Assembly: GCA_010909165.1 (NCBI GenBank) | Contig: MU008221.1 | Span: 129,464-193,463 of the forward strand | Origin: Anthoceros angustus | Lineage: Eukaryota > Plantae > Anthocerotophyta | Length of the DNA: 64,000 nucleotides | Direction of reading: 5' to 3' | Shown here: one piece after another, positions 12,830-25,699 of the stretch | How positions within the stretch are numbered: the stretch's first letter is position 1 | Layout: the number at the start of each line of letters is the position of its first letter | Translations under genes and position numbers: made by a program | Notes under the pieces: generated by a model | Told to the model about the DNA's origin: nothing | Database searches by the model: none | Seen by the model: the letters and a program-made list of their open reading frames with translations, nothing else

Positions 12830-13397
12830 ACGTGTGACGACCCACGTTCACAAGTTCGCAATCACCTAGAGATTCTCCGTTCCAGGCTTGCGCTCCTCGT
12901 GCCCGTCGCCCAAGATCCAAGAGACTCTCCCATTCCGGGCATGTTCTCTGTTTGCGATCCTAGAGCCCTCACGCGGGGAAACCACCGGGACACAGAACAA
13001 CTGTCTGCACTTCCACGGCGGTCGGGAGAATTTGTTCAGGCTATTGGCGCTCCACCGCGGTGATGCAGTCGGTCATGCGTGGACCAAAGGAGGAGAAGTA
13101 CTAAAACTACGCCACTAACTGCGCCTCGGGCGGATGTGTGGACGTTACCAAGTGCTTGCTTGGTGCACTCGCTCTCATCCTTTTATTCCAGGCTGCGTCG
13201 CTTGGAACGAGCTCGCAGGAGCTGCTTGGATTCTCCTCCACATTTCGGGTTGGTTTAACTATTGTTGGTGGCAGCTCATGCAGTTGTGTGGAAATCGACA
13301 ACCCATCAGGATGTGCAACAATCAAGCGAAGATTCTTCCATCTTCATCATCTGCACTACAACCCACGAGGAACTACATTGGAGAGAAGCCCTACTAA
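12830..13397 (+). pseudogene. PR1: PR-1-like CAP-domain gene, copy 2 (frameshifted as assembled)
   Basis: Same motifs as copy 1 (GENLF, CGRY, VVWKSTTH, ..NYIGEKPY, stop 13395-13397). Confidence 0.85.
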
Positions 13398-16300
13398 GTT
13401 CGATGTCTCGGCATTGGGGTGCATGAGCGATAAGAGAAGCTTCCATTTTGCTCCGCTCTGCTTGCGTTGTGCACGGGTACTTTGAAAGGACCAGTTGTCA
13501 TTGGGGTATGTGAGCGGATCCGAGAACCTCCGATATTGCTCAGTGCCTTCTGCTTTGTTGTGCGCAAGTACTTTCCAACCCATTTTAGGACTTAGATTGT
13601 TAGAAGTTAATGATTTATTTTGCTTTCGGAATTGTGAAAGGTCTTCGTCTGCTAGCCTAATGGTACACAGGGAAAGACCGTGGACAAAACACCTTCCCGT
13701 TCCCGGAGGCCACCAATTCTTATCCGGGAGAGACCAACTGTGCAACCTTGCTGGAACATGCAAACTTATGTGCTACAAACTCCAGAGGTTGTTCTTGCTA
13801 GAGGTTCTGCTTCACCAAATTTGAGCCAGGATGATATTCGCACCACTGGTTGTAGCGTTTCACATTACTTTGCGGACCTGCCATAAATCCTTGGGGTTGG
13901 TTCTTGTGATCAAGGCACTTCCATGCTAGGTGGGCGAGAAGAGCGGAGGCAAGTCTGAGGCCGAGGGGCACATGAGGGCAACCAGGAGGAGGATGGTTGG
14001 CACGAATGAGCATCTTGAAGGGTGTTTGTGGTGTGGTGGCGGGTTCCATGGTGGAGACTCGGTATGTGTGTCCATGGCTGTGGAGAGTCTAGTAGCTGAA
14101 ATCGAGGATGGCAACAAGCAGGATGATTTGCAAGGAAATTGGCGTGGTGGTGGTTCGATCAAACATTGAGCCCTGATTGCCATCGAGACATGCGGGCAAC
14201 TTGTTTGTTGATTTTCCAAAGATGCCATGTTGGGTGCTAGGCCACATCATGTGCAAGAGGTCACTCACGAGAATCACATGCATGAGGTAATGGCAGGGGA
14301 TCGCATTGTCCAAGACGCCACTCTGGACCATCCTACGGAAGAGGCCACTAAGGAGCATCCTGTGCAAGAGGCCACTTTAACACTTGGTGACACAGTGGTT
14401 GTCTGTGGCGACCATGAGCAATTTGGGATGGGGTGGAAAGCGGTTGTCTCGGCAATGTTGTTGCCTTCCAGTGCTCAAGTGGAGCGGGATGTACAAGCCC
14501 ATGTCCGTGGTGGTGTTGGCTACACGCCGCACTGCTGTGACCTAGTGGACATATCTCGGACACATGATGCACTAGGCTTACAAAGACGGGGAAGCCTCAA
14601 CCAACTCCAGGGCCCTTGAAACGGAAGGGTGGAGGCAGGGCCGCACGACCAGGTCGCCCGAAGAAGAAGGCTCCAACAAATGACAAATTGGAGATTCCAG
14701 CGGACCTTCTCCATGACACGGATGGCATCACAATAGGCGACGTCTTTATGGTCCCTGCGGAGAAACCGAACTCCGAGCATGTTGATTTTTACCTGTTGAA
14801 GGCCCCGCTGAAAGTGGAAACATTGGAAGAGGCGTGTCGACCTAGCTTGGGGAAAAGAAAATTTGAGGCCGAGGTAGCTGGCCTCTACTATGAGATGATT
14901 CAGCGATACATACATTTTATCGGTTGCTAGACTATCGCCTCGTGGTGTTCCAACCATGCACCTTAAGTGACATTATTCGTGTGTGCTAGTCCTTACATAG
15001 TGCGTTGTCATATGGGTGAGGAGCGTGTGACAACACTCTTGTTGTCGTGGATGGGCCAACCCACCTTTGGGACGTGTTTTTGGACAATATTGTTAAAGGT
15101 TTAATGTTGGACAATGTTATGTAGCACACATGTATGCTACATGAAATCTCAAAAAACTCTTGGAAGCTTGACAATCGCGTGTGAAACTCCTGATCGACAT
15201 ACTCGTGATCTCCAAACTTGTGATCGACAAACTCGTGATCAACAAACTCGTGATCGACAATGTCTTGATTTCCACAATGATTCATTGGGCATGTTGACTA
15301 GATGTGTGCAGATGCACAAAGCAGCACCCGCAATCCTCAACCTTGATCCAAGTTGCCTCATCCATGTTCTTATCACATACAAGTCCTAGCCGCGCTCTAC
15401 GTTAACAGATGTGTCACCTACAGTAGAATGTACTCAGAAATGCGATAGAAAAGGGTATGCCACCAATCCCATGCACAACTGTGGAAGACCACATGTACAC
15501 TAACCCTCCCCTGGATTGTTGGTTTGAATGTTTTTTTTGCTTTTCTTATGTTTTGTGTGATGGAGTGCGTAGGAAATGTCCGAGGCAAGGCCTTTTATAC
15601 TAAAATGGTCCTTGGCCCATGACAATATTACTTTTACAAATAATTAGTCCTTGGGCCTCGAACACTGTGAATATCGGCCTAGAAGGTCCTTGGACCTTGG
15701 GATTTTAGGAATAAAAATTGTCTATATAAGGTGGGGATCCTTCATTCGGAGGGCCCGGAACAAGTGGAGACGCCTGCACCTCCGGAGAAGTTCGAAGCTA
15801 GCGAGAGGTATAAGCGGAGAGAGGTGAGGCTAGGGCCGTGGTCAAGAGAGGCGAGAAGAGAGCAACACCGCATGGGTGAAACACCACCGTTGGGAAGCCA
15901 CGGTGGTGGAGCCACCACGGTGGTGGAGCCACCACGGTGGTGGAGCCGGCCATCGTCGCGGAAGAAGGACCCAAGGTGGGGAAGCCACCATCGGGGGCCC
16001 AGGAGGGGATGCAACTCCCTCAGTTCGAAGCGCAGCCCGATTGTCCATGAGCCGGCATACCCTTCACAGTTGTGCTCGAGGAAATGAGCAAGGCGGAGGC
16101 TAGAGCATGGATGGAGGCGCACTTTTGGGCTCCCGATGATGAGGCGAGGCGTCGCGAGGCGGAAGGCAGGCGCCCTAGGAGGAGTGAAGGGACCTCGGAT
16201 AGCGGGAGTGAGGTGGAGATATTAAGGGAGGATCTTCGGATCGAGGCGTGGTAGGAGAGGCGGGAACACCCATGGGCCGGGGCTAGGCGGCACAGTGAGG

Positions 16301-17690
16301 CGCGCTGATTTTAGAGGGAGCATCATAGGTCGAGGCTTTCACTTGGATTAGAGGATAAGGTGCTAGGAAGCTTGTGAATTTGTAGATACCGAATTGGTAG
16401 GCGCTGTGGTAGGTTAGCCATCTTTAAACCGGAGGTAGGTTAGCCATCTTTAGACCTTTGGGAAAGTGAGCTATGGTAGCGGCGGATGTATAAGAGACCC
16501 TTGAGTGTCTCTCTTAGACAATTTCGGTGTGAGCTCCGTGTGTCGAATTTGTGCTCGTGGTTGGTTGGAGACATCCGATCGATGATGGGCTGATTCGGTG
16601 TCTTGTCCTCTCGTCACAAGAGGGGGAGATCCTGGATGGTCGAGAGGAGTGAAGGGACCTCGGATAGCGGGAGTGAGGTGGAGATATTTTTCGGATCGGG
16701 CGTGGTAGGAGGCGAGGGAACACCCATGGGCCGGGGCCAGCTGAGGCAAGCGCTGATTTTAGAGGGAGCATCATAGGTCGAGGCTTTCACTTGGATTAGA
16801 GGATAAGGTGCTAGGAAGCTTGTGAATTTGTAGATACCGAATTGGTAGGCGCTGTGGTAGGTTAGCCATCTTTAAACCGGAGGTAGGTTAGCCATCTTTA
16901 GACCTTGGGAAAGTGAGCTATGGTAGCGGCGGATGTATAAGAGACCCTTGAGTGTCTCTCTTAGACAATTTCGGTGTGAGCTCCGTGTGCCAGTGCTGCG
17001 TGGTTGGTTGGAGACATCCGATCGATGATGGGCTGATTCGGTGTCTTGTCCTCTCGTCACAAGAGGGGGAGATCCTGGATGGTCGAGAGGAGTGAAGGGA
17101 CCTCGGATAGCGGGAGTGAGGTGGAGATATTTTTCGGATCGGGCGTGGTAGGAGGCGAGGGAACACCCATGGGCCGGGGCCAGCTGAGGCAAGCGCTGAT
17201 TTTAGAGGGAGCATCATAGGTCGAGGCTTTCACTTGGATTAGAGGATAAGGTGCTAGGAAGCTTGTGAATTTGTAGATACCGAATTGGTAGGCGCTGTGG
17301 TAGGTTAGCCATCTTTAGACACCGGAGGTAGGTTAGCCATCTTTAGACACCTTGGGAAAGTGAGCTATGGCGCGCGGCGGATGTATAAGAGACCCTTGAG
17401 TGTCTCTCTCTTAGACAATTTCGGTGTGAGCTCCGTGTGAATTTGTGCTCGTGGTTGGTTGGAGACATCCGATCGATGATGGGCTGATTCGGTGTGTCTC
17501 CTCGTCACAAGAGGGGAGATCCTGGATGGTCGAGCCGAGTGACCAAGCTCCTGCAGGGTGACTAGTGGTGAAGGGTGCTCAATGCATGCCGGAGGAAATT
17601 CCAGGGACCGGGTGAGATCGCTGGTGCGAATCGCCTGGAGCCGACCTGTTTTCCTTTCCCAACCCTAACCGGATTGTGTCTAATCCCAAG

Positions 17691-17836
17691 GAGGGGTGCA
17701 TGTGGCCCAAGGAGGGTCTGTGTGGCCCAAGGAGGTCTGTGTGGCCCAAGGAGGTGCATGTGGCCCAAGGAGGGTCTGTGTGGCCCAAGGAGGGTCTGTG
17801 GCCCAAGGAGGGTCTGGTGGCCCAAGGAGGTCTGTG
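17691..17836. repeat. LTR minisatellite (~18-20 bp, GAGGGTCTGTGTGGCCCAAG); also 18611-18770, 23641-23812, ~38700-38760
   Basis: Directly visible tandem copies. Confidence 0.9.
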
Positions 17837-19104
17837 GCTGAGAGGAGGATCTGGGGAACATCTTGTGCGCGGTGGTGTATGAGGTCCTAGAAGAAAGGGG
17901 TGAGTGAGTCGTTGTGTGAAGAGGAGTCTAGGAAGTGGTGAGCGAGAGTCCGGAAAATGCGGAGCGAGGAAAGCGTCGCGGGGGGCGACGGCGCCTCCTA
18001 GGAGGAGTGAAGGGACCTCGGATAGCGGGAGTGAGGTGGAGATATTTTTCGGATCGGGCGTGGTAGGAGGCGAGGGAACACCCATGGGCCGGGGCCAGCT
18101 GAGGCAAGCGCTGATTTTAGAGGGAGCATCATAGGTCGAGGCTTTCACTTGGATTAGAGGATAAGGTGCTAGGAAGCTTGTGAATTTGTAGATACCGAAT
18201 TGGTAGGCGCTGTGGTAGGTTAGCCATCTTTAGACACCGGAGGTAGGTTAGCCATCTTTAGACACCTTGGGAAAGTGAGCTATGGCGCGCGGCGGATGTA
18301 TAAGAGACCCTTGAGTGTCTCTCTCTTAGACAATTTCGGTGTGAGCTCCGTGTGAATTTGTGCTCGTGGTTGGTTGGAGACATCCGATCGATGATGGGCT
18401 GATTCGGTGTGTCTCCTCGTCACAAGAGGGGAGATCCTGGATGGTCGAGCCGAGTGACCAAGCTCCGCGTCTGGGGTGACTAGTGGTGAAGGGTGCTCAA
18501 TGCATGGAGAGGGAAATTCCAGGGACCGGGTGAGATTGTGCGAATCGCCTGTGGAGCCGACCCTTGTTTTCCTTTCCCAACCCATTTTCTAACCAGTTGT
18601 GTCTAATCCCAAGGAGGGTCTGTGTGGCCCAAGGAGGGTCTGTGGCCCAAGAGAGGTCTGTGGCTGAGGAGTGGTGGCCCAAGGAGGGTCTGTGGCCCAA
18701 GGAGGTCTGTGTGGCCCAAGGAGGGTCTGTGGCCCGAGAGGTCTGTGTGGCCCGAGGAGGGTCTGTGGGAACATCTTGTGCGCGGTGGTGTGAGGTCCTA
18801 GAAGAAAGGGGTGAGTGAGTCGTTGTGTGAAGAGGAGTCTAGGAAGTGGTGGAGCGAGTCGGAAAATGCGGAACGCGAGGAAGGTTGGGAATAAATTGTG
18901 GGGTCGAGAGGAAATCGGCGGGGAGGGGTGCCGCGGCGTCGGCCATGGTGCGCATCCACCGGTGAGCTCGGTGTGAATCCACATGAGTGTGACTTGGTGT
19001 ACATGTGAACACTGTGTGCATAGGACCATAGCCCTTAACAGCGTGGCGGGGAACCGGGCGCCAAATAGTCGATCGCGGCGCGGCGCGCGCCGGTCGGGTG
19101 GGTC

Positions 19105-19235
19105 CCACCACGGTGGTGGTCGAACCACGCGGTGGCAAACCACGCGGTGGCGGAATCCACCACGGCGGTGGCGGAATCCACGGCGGTGGCGGAATCCACC
19201 AGCGGTGGCGGAATCCACACGCGAATCCACCACGT
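19105..19235. repeat. LTR minisatellite (CGGTGGCGGAATCCACCA-like); also 20006-20098 and 24150-24275
   Basis: Directly visible tandem copies. Confidence 0.9.
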
Positions 19236-19428
19236 GGTCGAACTTACCTCGTGGGTCGGACACGGTAGTTGATTATGGCTGGTAGGAGGCGATTGTAGGA
19301 GGACTAGAATCCATAGTTTTAGAACATCTTGACACAAAACCATTCCCTTGGGATCGAATCCTAGGACTATAACGACATAGAGGGTAAATGTGGCCTCTTT
19401 GCGTCTTGGATGCAAAACCCATTCCACA

Positions 19429-19446
19429 TTTTGGCGCGTTCGGGAA
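19429..19446 (+). promoter_or_regulatory. Primer binding site (tRNA-Asp-like) of element 1
   Basis: TTTTGGCGCGTTCGGGAA directly after the LTR end; degenerate match to TGGCGCCGTTGCCGGGGA, the complement of the plant tRNA-Asp 3' end. Confidence 0.75.
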
Positions 19447-20699
19447 TGAAAGCTGTCAGATTATAGGAAAGACTAACCATAGCTTAGGTGTCTAGTCTTT
19501 GAGTGTATTTAGTTTGGTAGATGGATGCCACGAGTTGAGTCGGAGGATTGAGTCAAGTCGGGAAGAGAAGCCTCAAGCGGCGGCAGTAGCCTGGAAAGGT
19601 TGAAAAGGGTTGCGGATCGGGAGTTGAGGAGGACCCAATTGGAGGACGACTTGCGGAGAAGGAAGGGGAATCAACGGGGGGTCCGATCTTGGAGCAAGAT
19701 CCCCAATCTCGGTCTTGGACGAGGTACCACGGCCAAGGAACCTTGGTCCAAACTTGTCTTGACCTCTCTTCCAGTGTGTGCGTGCGTCAATCAACTTCCC
19801 GCTGGACACGTTCTTGAATCAACCATTCTTGAATCGACCACGGTCATGTCCACCGTGAGCTCGTGAATCCACATGAGTGTGACTTGGTGTACATGTGAAC
19901 TGTGCATAGGACCATAGCCCTTAACAAGCGTGCGGGGAACCGGGCGCCAAATAGTCGATCGCGACGCGCGCACCGGTCGGGTGGGTCCCACCACGTGGTC
20001 ACCATCGCGGTGGCGAATCCACCACGGCGGTGAATCCACCACGGTGGCGGAATCCACCACGGCGGTGAATCCACCACGGCGGCGGAATCCACCACGGCTA
20101 GGTGGTCGAACTTACCATGGTCGGGGCTCGGACACGTAGTTGATTATGGCTAGGTAGGAACGATTGTAGGAGGACTAGAATCCATAGTTTTAGAACATCT
20201 TGACACAAAACCATTCCCTTGGGATCGAATCCTAGGACTATAACGACATAGAGGGTAAATGTGGCCTCTTTGCCTTCGGATGCAAAACCCATTCCACATT
20301 TTGGCGCTCGGGAATGAAACTCGATTATAGGAAAGACTAACCATAGCTTAGGTGTCTAGTCTTTGAGTGTATTTAGTTTGGTAGATGGATGCCACGAGTT
20401 GAGTCGGAGGATTGAGTCAAGTCGGGAAGAGAAGCCTGCACAGCGCCAAGGAAGGTTGAAAAGGGTTGCGGATCGGGAGTTGAGGAGGACCCAATTGGAG
20501 GACGACTTGGGAAGGAAGGAGGAGAATCAACGGGATTCGGGTCCGATCTTGTTGGAGCAAGATCCCCAATCTCGGTCTTGGACGAGGTACCACGGCCAAG
20601 GGAACCTTGGTCCAAACTTGTCTTGACCTCTCTTCCAGTGTGTGCATCGCTCAATCAACTGACACGCTGTCAATCAACCACTACATCGAATCGACCCAC

Positions 20700-22330
20700 G
20701 CCCATGTCCACCACGTGGTGGTCACCACCAAGCAACCTTACCGTTGTATGGAGAGGAAGGTATGAGGATCCCGAATTTGTTGAGCGCGTTTTGAGCGGTG
20801 ACATTTGCAAACCAGAATCGGGTGATGCACAAGCATTCTATGGAGTTCTTGGGCGGTCCGGCAAAGTGGTATAGGCGAGTACCTCAAGTCACCACACCCC
20901 AACCACCTTTGAAGAATTGAAGAATGCCTTCAGAGAGGTTTAGGGGATTGACATGGAGGGCTACGTGTTGTCCAAGCTTGAGAGGTTACAAAGAGAGAGG
21001 AAGGAAACCTTGCAAGCGTATGTTGAGAGGTTTCACACCACGTGATCGTAGTGGTCCTCATTCGAGGCAATACGGTGGTTCGCTAAAGGCTGGGTTCTAA
21101 GATGGGGAGACACGTGGGTTGCAAGCGGAGAAGAATTTGGGCAAGGCTATCAAGGCGCATTGAACTACGAGGTATCTACAGAGATGAAGAAGGAGGAAGG
21201 AGGAGAAGAAGCGAGGAAGAGGAAGAAGGCTAAGAAGGACATGAAGAAGTCCAAACGGGAAAAGAAAGGATTCCTCATCCTCCTCGGGAGAAGTTCGTCG
21301 GATGAAGGCTGCGGAGGAAGAAGAAGAAATCAAGGGGTGAGGTGGAAGGAAAGAAGGGTCGATGCGGGAGAACAAAGAGGCGCAAGGGCGAAACAAGATT
21401 GTATGCAAAAAGATCAGAAAGCAAGGAAGGAGGTGAGGCGGCCAAGAAAGTGGACACATCGGGAAGCGGATGAAAAGATAGATTCCTTTCGCGCACATCT
21501 CATGGTCGATGAGGAACACGATTATTGGAGATATCCCACACACGATTCGGTGGTAAGATCTGTGCACTAATTTCGATGGAAGGAGGAGGGCGAAGTGCGA
21601 ACAACCGGATGAGGAAAATGGAATGGGCATCACGCGTTTCACCTCGGAAGATCTGTTTGAGAATGGGGCATGCGAGAAGAGGAACCGCTAGAGCCGAGAG
21701 GATTTGGGGTCACGATGAGAGAGGAAGGAGGTGAGGCGGATGAAGTCAAGGATGTTGAGGTACTCGGAAAGTGCTCAAATTCTCCAAAGCAATGAGCCGG
21801 GCTTGAGGGGCATGAGTTGCTTGCGAATTCGCCGATGTCTTTGCCTTCAATGTGACCGACATAAAGGGTATACCCAAGGAATGGGGAAAGCATAAGATCG
21901 ACACGGGCGCAATTAGGATTAAGGTTGGATGAAGTCACCAAGAAGGATCATTCTCCGTTGCCTTCAACGATAACATCCTAGATCCGTCAGCGGGATGGAG
22001 TATTCCTTCTTAGATGGGTACTCCTATAACGGTGCATCTCGGTATTTGGCGAGCGGAGAAGAGAAGACGGAGGATGACTTTCCATGAGACCCTGCGGCAG
22101 TGGGCGAGAGGCCAAACCCAATTTGAGCAGGGTAAGGGAGGCGATGGCCTCGAATGAGAAGGGAGAAAGAGCTTCCGGAGCGCATCTGAGTTTATGAGTA
22201 TCTGGCCTTGGCCAGTCGTCAAAACCTCTCTAAGGGTCCTAGGTTTTCGACAATGGTTCCATCCCGTTATGTTTTAATGGACGCACTTGCCAACGAGTTG
22301 GTTGGCGAGTTAAAAAGTATTATCAATAAG
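20700..22330 (+). pseudogene. Deleted gag-pol remnant of element 1
   Basis: FVERVL..ICKPESGDAQ and LNYEVSTEMKKEE match the gag of element 2; AAGGATCATT (KKDHF) RT fragment near 21945; integrase tail near 22300. Confidence 0.75.
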
Positions 22331-22361
22331 TTGGCGAGGCGCCAACAAGTGAGAAGGAGTA

Positions 22362-24462
22362 TGTGGAAGACCACATGTACACTAACCCTCCCTGGATTGT
22401 TGGTTTGAATGTTTTTTGCTTTTCTTATGTTTTGTGTGATGGAGTCGTAGGAAATGTCCGAGGCAAGGCCTTTTATACTAAAAGTGGTCCTTGGCCCATG
22501 GCAATATTACTTTTACAAATAATTAGTCCTTGGGCCTCGAACCTTTGTGAAGGTCAGGTTAGAAGGTCCTTGGACCTTGGGATTTTAGGAATAAAATTGT
22601 CTATATAAGGTGGGGATCCTTCATTCGACAGGGGCCTGTGAACAAGTGGGGCAGCACCTCTGGAGGTTCAAGCTAGCGGAGAGGTATAAGCGGAGAGAGG
22701 TGAGGCTAGGGCCGGTCAAGAGAGGCGAAGCGAAGAAGGCGCAACACGTGTGGGCGACCACCGTTGGAGCGACCACCACGGTGGTGGAGCCGACCACGTT
22801 GGGCGACCACGGTGGTGGAGCCGGCCACCGTCGCGGAAGAAGGACCCAAGGTGGGGAAGCCACCATCGGGAGCGGGAGGATGCAACTCCCTCAGTTCGAG
22901 GCGGCTAGCCGATTGTCCATAGGGCCGGGCATACCCTTCCGAGGTTGTGCTCGAGGAAATGAGCAAGGCGGAGGCTAGGCGTGGATGGAGGAAACCGTTT
23001 GGTCGGTGATAAGGAGGCGAGGCGAGGCGAGGCGGCACCTCCTAGGCGTGAAGGGACCTCGGATAGCGGGAGTGAGGTGGAGATATTAAGGGAGGATCTT
23101 TTGGATCGAGGCGTGGTAGGAGGCGGGGAACACCCATGGGCGCGGGGCTAGGCGGCACAGGAATTTTAGAGGCATCATAGGTCGAGGCTTTCACTTGGAT
23201 TAGAGGATAAGGTGCTAGGAAGCTTGTGAACTGTAGATACCGAATTGGTAGGCGCTCGTGGTAGGTTAGCCATCTTTGAACAGAGGTAGGTTAGCCATCT
23301 TTAGACCTTGGGAAAGTGAGCTATGGCGGCGCGCGGCGGATGTAGAGACCCTTGGCGTCTCTCGTTAGACAATTTCGGTGTGAGCTCCGTGTGTCGAATT
23401 TGTATTGGTTGGTTGGAGACATCCGATCGATGATGATTGTTCTTTGTCCTCTCGTCACAAGAGGGCGGGAGATCCTGGATGGTCGAGGTGAGTGACCAAG
23501 CTCCGTCTGGGGTGACTAGTGGTGAAGGGTGCTCAATGCATGCCGGAGAGGGAAATTCCAGGGACCGGGTGAGATCGCGGGTGTCGAATCGCACTGGAGC
23601 CGACCAATTGTTTTCCTTTCCCATCCAGATTGTGTCTAATCCCAAGGAGGGTCTGTGTGGCCCAAGGAGGGGTCATGTGGCCCAAGGAGGTCTGTGTGGC
23701 CCAAGAGGTCATGTGGCCCAAGGAGGGTCTGTGTGGCCCAAGAGGGGTGCAGTGGCCCAAGGAGGGTCTGTGGCCCAAGAGGTCTGTGTGGCCCAAGGAG
23801 GTCTGTGTGGCTGAGAGAGGAGGATCTGTGGGAACATCTTGTGCGGTGGTGTATGAGGTCCTGGAAGAAAGGGGTGAGTGAGTCGTTGTGTGAAGAGGAG
23901 TCTAGGAAGTGGTGGCGAGTCCGGAAAATGCAGGCGAGGAAGGTTGGGAATAAATTGTGGGGTCGAGGAAATCGGTGATGGGCGTGCGGGCGTCGGATGT
24001 GCGCATCCACCGGTGAGCTCGGTGTGAATCCACATGAGTGTGACTTGGTGTACATGTGAACTGTGTGCATAGGACCATAGCCCTTAACAAGCGTGGCGGG
24101 GCGGGCGCCAAATAGTCGATCGCGCGGCCAGCGGGCCGGTGGGTCCCACCACGGTGGCGGAATCCACCGCGGTGGCGAATCCACCAGCGGTGGCGAATCC
24201 ACCACGGTGGCGGAATCCACTGCAGCGGTGGCGGAATCCACCAGTGTGGCGAATCCACTGCAGTGGTGGCCGAACCCCACCAGTCGTAGATCGGACAGTA
24301 GTTGATTATATGGGTAGGAGGCGATTGTAGGAGGACTAGAACCCATAGTTTTAGAACATCTTGACACAAAACCATTCCCTTGGGATCGAATCCTAGGACT
24401 ATAACGACATAGAGGGTAAATGTGGCCTCTTTGCGTCTTCGGATGCAAAAACCCATTCCACA
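22362..24462 (+). repeat. 3' LTR of element 1 (~2.1 kb)
   Basis: Starts TGTGGAAGACCACATG after the PPT and ends CCCATTCCACA before the TSD. Confidence 0.9.
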
Positions 24463-25699
24463 ACAACCTCCGGCCTCTAGCCCCCACTCTTCCTACCAGC
24501 TGCCGCTCTTAGTCTTCCTTGCAGCAGGCAGCAAGCGCTCCAAGTCTTCCTTCATCTTCTCAATCCACCACACAACCAGAATCACCGCCGTCGCACTCAT
24601 CCAGCAAGACTCGGGCAGCCACAGCCGCCGTCGCCGCCACTGTCCTCACGCAGCTGCGATTGCAAATTGGGTTGCTTGCGGCCAAGTAAGCGGTACCATT
24701 CCCGACTCCAACAGGCGGCGTTGCCTTCTCGTACGGCGCCATCCACAGATCTCGCATCTTCAACCAATACCGCTTCGAGCCTGTGCCCTTTCCATACGAT
24801 GCAAGTATTTGGCCCAATCGAAAACACCTCCGATTGTACAATTATAGCCAAGAGAGTGGCACCAAGCTCGGGGGCTAACAATTCCACCTCCCCTCCAGTG
24901 CTAGGTTCGCCATCGACCAACGAAGGCGCTTCCGGAACACATGCCATGGATATGGAGGATGTGGGGTCTTGTTGCAATGTGAAGAAAGCGAGAGGGCTTG
25001 CAATATCAACGGTGGAGGACTTGATAAGATTTCCGGAGGAAGGCGCGACTAAGGCCCGAAATGGATTCAAATGGTCGATCCGGAAGCGGGACAAAGTAAT
25101 TAATGCCCACATATGGGGACTCAGAGCCTCTTGGCACGGGGGCCCATGAAAGCAAAAACGAATCAGCCCTCCATTCACCGTGATAATTTGGAGCAAATCG
25201 GGTGAGCATAATGACAACAAGGTGCATCACGATCCACATGATTGGTCCATAGATTGGTGTGTGAAGTTCCCATCCCCATTGGGTCTTTTGAATACTACCG
25301 TGTGGACATAGCTAAATAGACAATCAAATGGTGTTCAAATTTAAAGCACGCAGGCGCACTTTGGCAAAGCCATAGATAGGAAAGTTATGCAGACAGACGC
25401 ACATGTGTATGTGCAAATACCTCTGATGTGAAAAGAAACCCTATCTCCTCTAAGCTATCTGGCATCAGGCCTTAAGGCATCTTCCACTCGCCCAGACTGA
25501 AGCCAAGCATTTCTCAAAACATTATCCGTATGTACTGTTGTACAATGTTGTGTGGCACAGGCAACATCTCCTGCATCCACATAGAAATAAAATCACGAAG
25601 CCTTACCCTCAGCACTGAAAACACGACCAAAGCATGTACACATGACACGTTCCCACCTTTCTTCCAGCCTAACCCCCCACTTTTCCGCCACTATGTCAT

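Larger units (their letters stand above)
15480..19428 (+). repeat. 5' LTR of element 1, expanded by internal tandem duplications (LTR end + PBS duplicated again at 20298)
   Basis: Same order of blocks as the 2.1 kb 3' LTR, but with repeated ~400-900 bp units between 16170 and 18880. Confidence 0.85.
15480..24462 (+). mobile_element. Non-autonomous Athila-like Ty3/Gypsy LTR retrotransposon (internally deleted)
   Basis: TGTGGAA...TTCCACA termini; 5-bp TSD ACAAC at 15475-15479 and 24463-24467; tRNA-Asp-like PBS at 19429-19446; PPT GAGAAGGAG before 22362; gag and RT remnants at 20700-22330. Confidence 0.92.

Noticed and set aside
19349-19361. GGGATCGAATCC as part of a tRNA gene
   Set aside because: No cloverleaf or A-box; it lies inside LTR U5 (reported instead as a primer-interaction candidate).
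17691-24275. Short regularly spaced repeats resembling a CRISPR array
   Set aside because: Head-to-tail minisatellites inside LTRs with no unique spacers, no cas genes, and a eukaryotic context.
18589-24487. Long ORFs such as 18589..19263(-, 224 aa), 23636..24487(-, 283 aa), 17579..18148(-)
   Set aside because: They arise from stop-poor GC-rich minisatellite and LTR sequence; low-complexity translations.
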